Source of the DNA: Pseudomonadota bacterium | GTDB taxonomy: Bacteria; Pseudomonadota; Alphaproteobacteria; Rhizobiales; Rhizobiaceae | Direction: 5' to 3' | NCBI GenBank assembly: GCA_038529265.1 | Contig: JBCBDX010000008.1 | Location: 76,294-140,293, forward strand | DNA: 64,000 nucleotides | In this document: in pieces, positions 16,355 to 25,618 of the stretch | Numbering within the stretch: position 1 is the stretch's first letter | Layout: the number at the start of each line of letters is the position of its first letter | Notes under the pieces: model-generated | Seen by the model: the letters and a program-made list of their open reading frames with translations, nothing else | What the model was told of the DNA's origin: nothing | Database searches by the model: none | Position numbers and translations under genes: made by a program

Positions 16355-17620
16355 GTGAACCATTTTGAATACAAAGACCGCGTGCTTCACGCCGAAGATG
16401 TGGCCTTGCCACTCATCGCCAAAGCGGTGGGGACACCTTTCTATTGCTATTCTTCGGCGACTTTGAGCCGCCATTACACTGTTTTTGCGGATGCTTTTTC
16501 CGATATAGATGCCTTGGTTTGCTATGCCATGAAGGCAAACTCAAACCAGGCTGTGCTCAAGACGCTGGCCAAGTTGGGTTCGGGTGCCGATGTTGTCTCC
16601 GAAGGCGAATTGCGGCGCGCGTTGGCGGCGGGCATTCCCGCAGAAAAGATCATGTTTTCCGGGGTCGGAAAAACCGCCGACGAAATAGACTATGCGCTGG
16701 CAGTTGGCATTCACTGCTTCAACGTGGAAAGTGAGCCCGAGCTTGAAATGCTCTCTGCTCGCGCGATCAATGCAGGAGTTGAAGCGCCGGTTTCTGTGCG
16801 GATCAATCCCGATGTTGACGCAAAAACCCACGCCAAGATTTCAACTGGAAAAAAAGAAGACAAGTTTGGCATTTCGTGGATGCGAGCACGTGAGGTGTAT
16901 GCGCGTGTTGCTGAACTGCCAGGTGTTCGCGCGACTGGTATCGACATGCATATCGGCTCGCAGATTACGCAATTGCAGCCCTTCGACGAGGCCTTTGCGC
17001 TCTTAAAGGAGCTCGTTGAGACGCTACGTGCTGACGGTCATGTCATTGATCACGTTGATCTGGGGGGTGGCCTTGGTATCCCATATAGGCAGGACAACGA
17101 ACCGCCGCCCTTGCCGGACGCTTATGCCGACATTGTGAAAAAGCACGTCAAGCCGCTTGGACTGAAAGTGATATTTGAGCCGGGGCGTTTGATTGCTGGC
17201 AATGCGGGTATCTTCGTTACCAAAGTCATTTACGCTAAACCGGTAGAAGGGAAAACGTTCCTGATCGTTGATGGCGCCATGAATGATCTCATTCGGCCGA
17301 CACTATACGATGCTTGGCACGATATCATTCCGGTAAACCAGCCGGAACCCGACCAGAAGCGCATAAAAGCAGATGTTGTTGGTCCGGTTTGTGAATCAGG
17401 CGACTTTTTGGCGCAGGACCGTGATTTGCCGGCAGTTGGACAGGATGAATTACTCGCTGTTGGTACTGCGGGCGCGTACGGCGCTGTCCAGTCTGGTACT
17501 TACAATAGTCGGCTTTTGGTACCGGAAGTTATGGTAAATGGCGATCAATTTCATGTGGTTAGGCCGAGGACAAGCTATGATGAGTTGCTTGCTCTCGACA
17601 GCATACCCGCGTGGCTTTAG
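16355..17620 (+). CDS. lysA: diaminopimelate decarboxylase
   Basis: YAMKANSN PLP-lysine region and CESGD motif. 421 aa, GTG start. Confidence 0.92.
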   Translation: MNHFEYKDRVLHAEDVALPLIAKAVGTPFYCYSSATLSRHYTVFADAFSDIDALVCYAMKANSNQAVLKTLAKLGSGADVVSEGELRRALAAGIPAEKIMFSGVGKTADEIDYALAVGIHCFNVESEPELEMLSARAINAGVEAPVSVRINPDVDAKTHAKISTGKKEDKFGISWMRAREVYARVAELPGVRATGIDMHIGSQITQLQPFDEAFALLKELVETLRADGHVIDHVDLGGGLGIPYRQDNEPPPLPDAYADIVKKHVKPLGLKVIFEPGRLIAGNAGIFVTKVIYAKPVEGKTFLIVDGAMNDLIRPTLYDAWHDIIPVNQPEPDQKRIKADVVGPVCESGDFLAQDRDLPAVGQDELLAVGTAGAYGAVQSGTYNSRLLVPEVMVNGDQFHVVRPRTSYDELLALDSIPAWL

Positions 17621-17719
17621 TGCGCTATCAGCTTTTTACTGGTTACAATGACGCAATGTTGAGGTTTTTTGGGCAACAAGCGCCTCGTCAATGCCGCGAT
17701 TGGTGCTATCTTGCTGATT

Positions 17720-20326
17720 ATGAAAAGCACAAAGAAAGCCGAAAATATCGCCGGCCTTAAACAACCGCGATTTTGGACACGCGGCGTTATTCTGGCAGAA
17801 GGCCTTCTACCCAAACTGTTGCCAACGGTTATTGTACTCGCGATTTTTGCCATGGCATCCTGGCTTGGATGGTTCCGCTCGGTTCCTGACTGGGCACGAC
17901 TGGCGAGCTTAGCCGTTTTTGCTATGGCAGGTGCAGGTTCGCTGGCGTTTCTTCGCGGTTTGAAGGTGCCAACCGATCAGCAAGTGGATGCGCGTATCGA
18001 GCGCGAGAATGAACTGCTGCACCGTCCAATCACAGCGCAGGACGATGCGCTCGCTGATGATCGTGACCCGATGGCGCGGGCGCTGTGGCAATTGCACAAG
18101 AAACGTATGGCTGAGCGTATTGGTGGCGTTTCGGCGTCCACGCCTCAAACTGATTTGCCTAAGCGTGATCCCTTTGCACTTCGCAGTCTGGTCGCGATGG
18201 GTTTTGTGACTGCATTTGCCTTTTCTTTCGGCCCAAGCGGCGGAACACTGACCGATGCATTTCGTTCGCATGTTGTGGTTGAGGTGCCCGAGGTTCGTGT
18301 TGACGCTTGGATCACGCCGCCCTCTTATACCGGGATCGCCCCAATATTTTTAACATCTGGCATTAATGTCGAACGTCGGGACTTTACAGTTCCGGAGGGG
18401 AGCGTTTTGCAAGTGCGCGTTGCCGGTGGAACTGGCAGCGAAAGTGTTTACTTCCCTAGCGCCGAGCAGTCTATTGAGCCAACCGGCAGCGATGCCAATG
18501 CCAGCACGCCACGTAGCTTTGAAATGGAGCTTGTCGGTGATTCCAACCTGATCATTCGTACGGCCGATGGCGACGAAGTTTGGCAGATTGCCATGATCGC
18601 CGATCTGGCGCCAACGATCCGCTTTGCCGATGAAAACCCGGTTGAGCGGGCAGTAAACGGGGCATTGACGCTTCGCTATCACCTGCAAGACGACTATCGG
18701 ATCAACTCAGCGCGTGGCGTTGTTGAGCTTCTCGATCAGGCTGCAGGTGAGAAGGACCCACTTCCCCTTTACGACGCGCCAGAGCTGCCATTGGTTTTGC
18801 CGCGCCGGTCCGCAGAAGATGGTGCTGCGGCGACAACCCGCGATCTTGCGTCTCACCCTTGGGCGGGTGCTCGCGTGAAATTGACGCTCGAAGCCACGGA
18901 TGATCGCAATCAAATTGGGCGTAGTGCGAGCCGCGAAATTCAACTGCCTGGGCGTCCCTTCGCCAATCCATTGGCACGCGCAATCATTGAGCAGCGCCGC
19001 ATTCTTGCGATGAATGCGCATGAAAAACGTTCAATTATAGAAACGTTTGATACGTTGATGCTCTATCCGGATGAGACCATTGATAATGCAACGCATTTCC
19101 TTGGCCTTCAGACGATTGAAACGCGCCTTGCCATGGCACGTGATGAAGAACAGTTGCGCGGCGTTGTTGACTATATGTGGGAGGTTGCCCGACAGATCGA
19201 GGACGGAAACCTATCTGAAGCAGAGCGCCGTTTGCAGCAGGCACAACAGGCGTTGCGTGAAGCACTTGAAAATGGTGCGTCCGAGGAAGAAATTGCCCGC
19301 CTCATGGACGAGCTGCGTGACGCAATGCAGGAGTTTTTGCGTGAGTTTGCTGAGCGCGCCATGCAAGATCCAAATTTTGCGCAGCAGCAATCACCGCAGA
19401 CCCAAGACGGCCAAACCGTTGATCAGCAGTCCCTCGATGAGATGCTCGACCGCATGGAAGAGTTGGCGCAGCAGGGTGCACGCGAGCAGGCCATGCAAAT
19501 GCTCGATCAGTTGCAGAACATGATGAATAATTTGCAGATGGCACAGCCGAACCAGGGTCAACAGGGCCAGCAAGGACAGAGCCAAGCCCAGCAGCAAATG
19601 AACGAGCTTGGTGAGATTTTGCGTGAGCAACAACGTTTGATGGATGAGACTTTCCGTCAAAATCGACGTGGCCAGCAAGGACAGCAAGGACAGCAGGGTC
19701 AACAAGGGCAACAGGGACAACAACAGGGCCAGCAAGGACAGGGTCAAGAAGGGCAGCAAGGCGAGGGCCAAGGACAACAGGGTCAACAAGGACAGCAAGG
19801 TCAAAATGGCCAGGGCCAGGGCCAAGGGCAGGGTTTACAGGGATTGGCTCCCGGACAGCAGGCGTTGCAGCAACGCCTCGATCAGTTTCTTGAAGATTTG
19901 CGTGGGATGGGTGTTCAACCGGGCGACGCCTTTGGCGAAGCTGGCAGCGCAATGGGCGATGCCGGTGAAGCGCTACAGGATGGTTCTGGTGAACAGGCGC
20001 TTGGCAATCAGGGCGATGCTATGGAAGCGCTGCGCGAGGGTGCTGACGGCATGATGCAGCAACTGCAACAGCAGGCGCAGCAACAAGGCCAAGGCAATCA
20101 AGGTCAGGCGACACCCGGTGGCCAGCGCAATGCTCAGGACATGGATCCACTTGGGCGACCACAGCGTTCATCGGGACCCGACTTTGGTGATAGCGTCACA
20201 GTGCCCGACGAGATTGATGCACGACGCGCGCGCGAAATTTTGGATGCAATTAGACAACGTTTGGGCAATGCGCTCTCTCCACAATTGGAGAAGGAGTATC
20301 TGGAACGGCTTCTGGAGCTACGTTAG
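17720..20326 (+). CDS. TIGR02302 (aProt_lowcomp)/DUF4175-type large membrane-anchored protein with a Q/G-rich low-complexity region
   Basis: N-terminal TM helices, ~870 aa, and the position immediately after lysA match my memory of this alphaproteobacterial family. The ORF track starts at TTG 17669. ATG 17720 is preferred. Confidence 0.7.
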   Translation: MKSTKKAENIAGLKQPRFWTRGVILAEGLLPKLLPTVIVLAIFAMASWLGWFRSVPDWARLASLAVFAMAGAGSLAFLRGLKVPTDQQVDARIERENELLHRPITAQDDALADDRDPMARALWQLHKKRMAERIGGVSASTPQTDLPKRDPFALRSLVAMGFVTAFAFSFGPSGGTLTDAFRSHVVVEVPEVRVDAWITPPSYTGIAPIFLTSGINVERRDFTVPEGSVLQVRVAGGTGSESVYFPSAEQSIEPTGSDANASTPRSFEMELVGDSNLIIRTADGDEVWQIAMIADLAPTIRFADENPVERAVNGALTLRYHLQDDYRINSARGVVELLDQAAGEKDPLPLYDAPELPLVLPRRSAEDGAAATTRDLASHPWAGARVKLTLEATDDRNQIGRSASREIQLPGRPFANPLARAIIEQRRILAMNAHEKRSIIETFDTLMLYPDETIDNATHFLGLQTIETRLAMARDEEQLRGVVDYMWEVARQIEDGNLSEAERRLQQAQQALREALENGASEEEIARLMDELRDAMQEFLREFAERAMQDPNFAQQQSPQTQDGQTVDQQSLDEMLDRMEELAQQGAREQAMQMLDQLQNMMNNLQMAQPNQGQQGQQGQSQAQQQMNELGEILREQQRLMDETFRQNRRGQQGQQGQQGQQGQQGQQQGQQGQGQEGQQGEGQGQQGQQGQQGQNGQGQGQGQGLQGLAPGQQALQQRLDQFLEDLRGMGVQPGDAFGEAGSAMGDAGEALQDGSGEQALGNQGDAMEALREGADGMMQQLQQQAQQQGQGNQGQATPGGQRNAQDMDPLGRPQRSSGPDFGDSVTVPDEIDARRAREILDAIRQRLGNALSPQLEKEYLERLLELR
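19551..19850 (+). repeat. in-frame imperfect hexanucleotide (CAR-GGN) repeat tracts encoding (QG)n/(QGQ)n
   Basis: Encodes NQGQQGQQGQSQAQQQ, then ...RRGQQGQQGQQGQQGQQGQQQGQQGQGQEGQQGEGQGQQGQQGQQGQNGQGQGQGQG. The tracts create spurious long ORFs on the opposite strand. Confidence 0.9.
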
Positions 20327-20688
20327 GCAGCCAAGGCCTGTTTAACAGCGCCGCGTATGTCCACGAGAGAAAACGGTTTTGATACGACGTCGATGATGAT
20401 TTTGGATAGATCCGAGGCACGTTCGCGCTGTTCGGCATAACCGGTCATCAGAAGAATGCGGATATCAGGGAAATCCTTGACGGCGCATTTTGCCATCTCG
20501 ATGCCGTCCATGGCGGGCATGCGAATATCGGACAATACCAGATCAAATTGCCCATCTTCTTCGATGAGCGTTTCAAGCGCAGTATCGCCGTCATCTGCCG
20601 TTTCAATTGAGTGACCATCCATCGAAAGTGCGCGTGCCGTAAAGGTACGCACAGATGGATCATCATCAACAACTAAAATACGCGCCAT
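20323..20688 (-). CDS. cpdR: single-domain response regulator (CpdR-like)
   Basis: 121-aa receiver only, RILVVDDD...LVLSDIRMPAMDG. The symbol is assigned by similarity of architecture and context, so it is tentative. Confidence 0.7.
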   Translation of the reverse strand: MARILVVDDDPSVRTFTARALSMDGHSIETADDGDTALETLIEEDGQFDLVLSDIRMPAMDGIEMAKCAVKDFPDIRILLMTGYAEQRERASDLSKIIIDVVSKPFSLVDIRGAVKQALAA

Positions 20689-20690
20689 GA

Positions 20691-21239
20691 TCAGGCATCT
20701 CCTTTAACAACGCCGACGAAGGGCAATTCTCGAAACGCGTGCGCCACGTCCATGCCGTAGCCCACCACAAAATGGTCGGGGCATTCAAAGCCAACAAAGT
20801 CTGCTTCGAGTGGCGTGGCAGCTTGGCGGCGTACGCTCTTGTCCAAGAGAACTGCGATCGCAGCTGATCGCGCCCCGCGCTCCAGCATCATGTTCTTTGC
20901 ATGGGTCAGTGTTCGGCCTGATTCGAGAATGTCATCGATGAGAAGCACGTCACGGCCTTTGACGTCGGAATCGATGTCACGCAGTAGCTGAACTTTTCCT
21001 GGTTCAGTGCCTTTGCCATAGGTGGAAAGCATCAAGAATTCGACGCCTGGTTCCATGCCAACATCGTGCATTGCGCGGATCAGGTCAGCTGCAAAAATAA
21101 AAGAACCCTTTAGCACGGAGATGACAAGAAGGTCCTGATAGTCGCGGGCGGCGATCTCTTTTGCCAGTTCCAGATTACGGCGGGCAATTTGGGATCCGGA
21201 GTAAAGGACTTCAATATCTTTGTTTCTGACGATGGGCAT
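20691..21239 (-). CDS. hpt: hypoxanthine phosphoribosyltransferase
   Basis: VLLIDDILESGRTL PRPP-binding motif. 182 aa. Confidence 0.9.
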   Translation of the reverse strand: MPIVRNKDIEVLYSGSQIARRNLELAKEIAARDYQDLLVISVLKGSFIFAADLIRAMHDVGMEPGVEFLMLSTYGKGTEPGKVQLLRDIDSDVKGRDVLLIDDILESGRTLTHAKNMMLERGARSAAIAVLLDKSVRRQAATPLEADFVGFECPDHFVVGYGMDVAHAFRELPFVGVVKGDA

Positions 21240-21247
21240 GGGCGTGT

Positions 21248-21628
21248 CTAGATCCCTTCAAGGGTTATCGTCGGTTCTTTTCCAGCAAACTTGCCCGCAG
21301 GAATGCGTGTTGTGAAACCAAGGCTTTCATTGGCTTGAAGTAGTTCGCCCCGCGGAATTGTGTAGGTCACGGTCTGGCCGGTTGTTTCGTCGACAAAGCC
21401 TATCGCCAAACTGGGGACAATGCCGCCTTTGCCCGCAGCATTTATGTTGCCGCGAATGACCAGCACAGGCGTGCCCCGTGCTGTATCGATGCGGGTGGTT
21501 ACATTGGACAGTGAAAAGGCTGGTGTTCTTGGCACGCTTGCCATTTCGACAATTGGTCTTTCGTAAGAGTGAAAAAGCGCATGTCCTCCAGCAACATAAA
21601 AACTGACGCAGGAAGCCAAGGTTGCCAC
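21248..21628 (-). CDS. DUF3426-like membrane-anchored protein (apparently lacking the usual N-terminal zinc-ribbon part)
   Basis: The C-terminal beta-rich domain (PVLVIRGNINAAG...SLAIGFVDETTGQ) resembles the C-terminus of MJ0042-type zinc-ribbon proteins found next to ftsEX. The start is uncertain (see findings). Confidence 0.5.
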   Translation of the reverse strand: MATLASCVSFYVAGGHALFHSYERPIVEMASVPRTPAFSLSNVTTRIDTARGTPVLVIRGNINAAGKGGIVPSLAIGFVDETTGQTVTYTIPRGELLQANESLGFTTRIPAGKFAGKEPTITLEGI

Positions 21629-21867
21629 AAAAGCAAAAACCGGGAGCGGCGTTGCATTACCGCGGCCGGCAACACGAGCTGCGCCCGTCTCCCTGCGACG
21701 CTTTTGTACGAGCGCATCGGCGGTTAGGGTGACAAACTCTGCATCTTCGATGTCCGGCGAGCGGGAAATCGGTCTGGCTCCAACTGTTCATTACGATGCT
21801 ATCATTAGATAAGGTTAACCAATGGTTTCCAGCGTGATCTTGATGCCGGGCGCAACGGGTCATAGGT

Positions 21868-22566
21868 GTGAAAAAGAGCGGTGCGGCGATTCGGAGCGGA
21901 CGCAAATTGATACAGTTCGATCATGTCGGTTTGCGTTATGGCCTGGAACAGGAAGTGTTGCGCGATGTCAGCTTTGACATACCAGCCCAGTCCTTCCAGT
22001 TTTTGACGGGGCCTTCAGGTGCCGGCAAGACGTCACTACTGCGTTTGCTCTTCATGTCTTTGCGCCCCACGCGCGGGCAAATTCGGATCTTTGATCAAGA
22101 CGTGCTGACACTGCCCCGCGCTGATCTGCCAATCCTTCGTCGCCGGATCGGTGTGGTTTTTCAGGATTTTCGCCTGCTGAATCATATGACCATTTTTGAA
22201 AATGTAGCGTTGCCTCTTCGCGTTCGTGGCCAAACGGAAGAGATCTATCGCCGCGATGTGTTCGATCTGCTGGATTGGGTTGGACTTGGTGCAAAGGTCA
22301 ATGCGCTGCCCCCGGTTTTATCAGGTGGGGAAAAACAGCGCGTCGCTATTGCGCGCGCGCTGATTGACCAACCGGAAATATTGTTGGCCGACGAGCCGAC
22401 AGGCAATGTTGATCCACAAATGGCCCGGCGCATTTTGCGCCTGTTTGTTGAGCTCAACCGCTTGGGCACCGCCGTTGTTATCGCCACGCACGATTTGGGA
22501 TTAATGGACCAAGTCAATGCGCGGCGGATGATCCTTTCACGGGGGCAATTGGACCTATATGACTGA
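21868..22566 (+). CDS. ftsE: cell division ATP-binding protein FtsE
   Basis: GPSGAGKTS Walker A, LSGGEKQRVAIARAL, LLADEPTGN. The real start may be TTG 21907 (IQFDHVGLRY). Confidence 0.9.
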   Translation: MKKSGAAIRSGRKLIQFDHVGLRYGLEQEVLRDVSFDIPAQSFQFLTGPSGAGKTSLLRLLFMSLRPTRGQIRIFDQDVLTLPRADLPILRRRIGVVFQDFRLLNHMTIFENVALPLRVRGQTEEIYRRDVFDLLDWVGLGAKVNALPPVLSGGEKQRVAIARALIDQPEILLADEPTGNVDPQMARRILRLFVELNRLGTAVVIATHDLGLMDQVNARRMILSRGQLDLYD

Positions 22567-23512
22567 CACGAAGCCGGAATTGCCCGCTACGCGCCGCGCT
22601 GCGCCAATTGTCCCGCCTGGTTCCATCGCTGGCCAGGCGTTGGCGACGTTGATTGCTATTATGTCGTTTCTCGCCTGTGTCACGGTAGGGGGTGTTTCTC
22701 TGGTACAACAGAGTGCGGGAACATGGCAGAGCCAGATCTCGCGAGAAGCCACCATCCAGATTCGGCCCGCTAAAGGCTTTGACATTGAAACAGCACTCGT
22801 GGACGCACGGGCTATAGCTGCTGCCTTTGATGGTGTGCGCGACGCGCGCATCATTGATGTCTCGGAGACCACAGCGCTGCTCGAGCCGTGGCTTGGTGGT
22901 GGTCTCGATATAGAAGCATTGCCCCTGCCGCGCCTGGTGGTCATCACAATTGATGAAAGCAGCCCGCCTGATTTTTCGGCCATGGCTGCGGCCATTGAAG
23001 AAGCGGTTGATAACGCAACTCTGGATGATCATCGCACTTGGGTAGATCGCCTAATCTCCATGGCCCGCACCACTGTTTTTTTCGGCATTTGTGTATTGCT
23101 GCTGGTGTTGGCTGCTTTGCTTTTGACCGTTGTGTTTGCAACCCGTGGGGCGATGTCCAGCAACCATGAGGTCATAGAGGTTCTGCACTTTATCGGTGCC
23201 AGAGGCGGTTACATAGCGCGCCAGTTTGAACGGCGATTTTTCTTGGTTGGCCTTGCTGGCAGTACCATGGGCGCGCTTGCTGCGATTTTGCTTGGCTTTG
23301 CTGTCAGCGCTTGGGGCCGAGCTAATGTCACGACCGCCGAAGGTGAGCAGCTGGCCGCATTCTTTGGCGATTTTTCCATTCCAGTATCGGCTTATGCGGG
23401 CATATTGCTGGTGTTGGTGTCGGTATCATTTGCCACAGCTGCGACGACGCGTTGGACGGTCATTCGAACGCTTTATGAAATTGATGAGAAGCGTGCGGAT
23501 CCGAGCCTTTAA
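22559..23512 (+). CDS. ftsX: cell division permease-like protein FtsX
   Basis: 8-nt overlap with ftsE. Four TM segments with a large first periplasmic loop. Confidence 0.85.
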   Translation: MTDTKPELPATRRAAPIVPPGSIAGQALATLIAIMSFLACVTVGGVSLVQQSAGTWQSQISREATIQIRPAKGFDIETALVDARAIAAAFDGVRDARIIDVSETTALLEPWLGGGLDIEALPLPRLVVITIDESSPPDFSAMAAAIEEAVDNATLDDHRTWVDRLISMARTTVFFGICVLLLVLAALLLTVVFATRGAMSSNHEVIEVLHFIGARGGYIARQFERRFFLVGLAGSTMGALAAILLGFAVSAWGRANVTTAEGEQLAAFFGDFSIPVSAYAGILLVLVSVSFATAATTRWTVIRTLYEIDEKRADPSL

Positions 23513-23548
23513 CAGTTCGAAAAGCCAACTTGGATTTCCCACTGTTCA

Positions 23549-24247
23549 TTGGGTATTATGATGAGTACCAAGGGCGCGATGCATGCAAAGATCATGACCG
23601 AGCAACCAACCAACAATACCAATGATCGATATCAGCGCTATGGACGCTTGGCGTTTGCCATATGTGCAATGACATTCGCGGGTGTCATATTCGGTTTTGT
23701 GCTGTTTGTGGCGCAGGTCAGAAGCTTTCAGGTGCCTGATGCTTCTGTTGAGGCAGATGGCATTGTGGTTCTGACGGGTGGAGTTGCCCGACTTGGCGCC
23801 GCGGCTGAGTTGCTACGCGAAGGGCGTGGCGGCAAATTGCTGATCAGCGGTGTGAATGAGAATACGTCCGCTGAGACCGTGAAAAGCCTGCTTTCGATCG
23901 ACGACGCGATCTTTGACTGTTGCGTTGACTTGGATCGGGACGCACTGGACACAATTGGCAATGCGCGCGCTGCGCTACAGTGGGCTCTCCAGAATGAGTT
24001 TCGTACAATATTGTGGGTCACCAACGATTATCACATGCAACGCAGTCTTTTGGAGATCAGCCGAATTGATGACGGGACCTTGTCGATAACGCCATATCCT
24101 GTCTCCAACACTTCGGGTCCGACCAATAGCTGGGTCGCTTTCATGGACCGCTATCGTGTGCTTGCAGGTGAATATGCCAAATATCTGGTTGCCTTGGTTC
24201 GTACACGGCAGGTAAGCCGCGGTCTCGACACACTGTTCCAGTCTTGA
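23549..24247 (+). CDS. DUF218 (YdcF/ElyC/SanA-like) membrane-anchored protein
   Basis: N-terminal TM, then GIVVLTGGVARL...LLISGV... and TNDYHMQRS motifs typical of DUF218. Confidence 0.7.
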   Translation: MGIMMSTKGAMHAKIMTEQPTNNTNDRYQRYGRLAFAICAMTFAGVIFGFVLFVAQVRSFQVPDASVEADGIVVLTGGVARLGAAAELLREGRGGKLLISGVNENTSAETVKSLLSIDDAIFDCCVDLDRDALDTIGNARAALQWALQNEFRTILWVTNDYHMQRSLLEISRIDDGTLSITPYPVSNTSGPTNSWVAFMDRYRVLAGEYAKYLVALVRTRQVSRGLDTLFQS

Positions 24248-24257
24248 TGATGGCTCG

Positions 24258-25067
24258 ATGACCGCACTACGCTCAATTGTCTTCAATGTACTGTTTTACC
24301 TTTTGAACGCAGTGCAAATGATTTTCTGGACACCGGTCTTTTTCGTAGCGCCGCGTTCATTTTGCTGGCGCATCGTGCATTGGTGGGCGAAATCGCTGAC
24401 GTGGCTGATGCGGGCGGTGGTTGGCACTGATTTCAAAGTGAGTGGTCTGGAAAACATTCCAGCAGGTGGGGCGATTATTGCTCCCAAACACCAGTCTGCT
24501 TGGGACACCTTTGTGCTCCTGCCGTATGTACGTGACCCTGTTTACATTTTGAAACGTGAACTGATGTGGGTGCCGTTATTTGGTTGGTATGTGGCCCGTA
24601 TGCGCATGATACCGATTGATCGTGGGGCTCGCGACAAGGCGATTGCCAAAGTCAATGAAGGCGCACGTATCGAAATGGCCAAAGGCCGCCAGCTTATTAT
24701 TTATCCAGAAGGGACGCGCCGGCCTCCAGGGGCAGAGCCAAAGTATAAATCGGGGATTGCTTACGTTTATTCTGAAACTGAAATGCCGGTTGTACCTGTT
24801 GCGCACAATGCAGGTCTCTTCTGGCCCAAAACCAGCTTCATGCGCTACCCGGGCACATTTGAGCTCAAGTTCCTGGAACCGATTCCACCCGGTTTGTCAC
24901 GTAGCGAGTTTATGGAGACCCTAGAGGAAAGACTGGAGACTGCTTCAGACGCGCTTCTCCTGGAGGCAGCCGACAAGGCGAACGCTCCACCCTTGTCTCC
25001 CACCACACAAAAAAGGGTAGATGTGCTTCGTAATGCTGCTGGAAGAGCTCAGGCTTCCATGGCCTGA
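24258..25067 (+). CDS. 1-acyl-sn-glycerol-3-phosphate (lysophospholipid) acyltransferase
   Basis: HQSAWD (HX4D) and YPEGTR acyltransferase motifs. Confidence 0.85.
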   Translation: MTALRSIVFNVLFYLLNAVQMIFWTPVFFVAPRSFCWRIVHWWAKSLTWLMRAVVGTDFKVSGLENIPAGGAIIAPKHQSAWDTFVLLPYVRDPVYILKRELMWVPLFGWYVARMRMIPIDRGARDKAIAKVNEGARIEMAKGRQLIIYPEGTRRPPGAEPKYKSGIAYVYSETEMPVVPVAHNAGLFWPKTSFMRYPGTFELKFLEPIPPGLSRSEFMETLEERLETASDALLLEAADKANAPPLSPTTQKRVDVLRNAAGRAQASMA

Positions 25068-25603
25068 CGTAGCCTGCTCTCGACGTCTTCCAGCCAGTGG
25101 TCACGTATGCCTAACTCTCTTATGTGCGCTGACGTGTTGAGCACATAATCTTCGTTTGGGCCTGCTTTACCGACAGCACCGTAAACTTGTCTTACTGCTG
25201 TTTGCACGTCGAGTTTCCCCGCATATTGCAAGTGCTGTTGATCGGCCACGTAAGTAACTGCAGGCTTCTTCTCACCGGTTTGCAATCTGATGGTCCCCAC
25301 ATGCTCCTTATAAACGTGAGTGATCAGCTCACGTTCATGTAGATACGCCATGGTGGCTTCGCGGTCGCCTTCGGCCACCTGATAGGCGATGCCAACGCAG
25401 GAGCCACCGCGATCAAGCCCCATCACAAGGCCCGGTCTCTGCCGCGTGCCGCGATGTTCATAAGATGTGATGCATAACGCACGATGATAGCCGTAAAGCG
25501 TTGCCCGCATACGCTGAACAAACGGAAAATCGGGACGCCACATTAAAGAGGCATAGCCGAACACCCATAGTTCGGGCATATCCGAAACAGAGATCTTTTG
25601 CAT
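25049..25603 (-). CDS. ChaC-family gamma-glutamylcyclotransferase
   Basis: LWVFGYASLMWRPDFPF N-terminal motif and HRGT...PGLVMGLD region. Confidence 0.8.
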   Translation of the reverse strand: MQKISVSDMPELWVFGYASLMWRPDFPFVQRMRATLYGYHRALCITSYEHRGTRQRPGLVMGLDRGGSCVGIAYQVAEGDREATMAYLHERELITHVYKEHVGTIRLQTGEKKPAVTYVADQQHLQYAGKLDVQTAVRQVYGAVGKAGPNEDYVLNTSAHIRELGIRDHWLEDVESRLRQAMEA

Positions 25604-25618
25604 AAAAGGTGCGCTAGC

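Noticed and set aside
19302-19952. Long minus-strand ORFs (216 aa and 144 aa) opposite the Q/G-rich tract
   Set aside because: They are reverse-complement artefacts of the CAR-GGN repeats, giving poly-L/A/P low complexity. The plus-strand frame is continuous with a recognisable 870-aa protein.
22514-23032. 172-aa and 146-aa minus-strand ORFs
   Set aside because: They are antisense to ftsX, with an Arg/Ser/Ala-rich composition typical of antisense frames in GC-moderate DNA.
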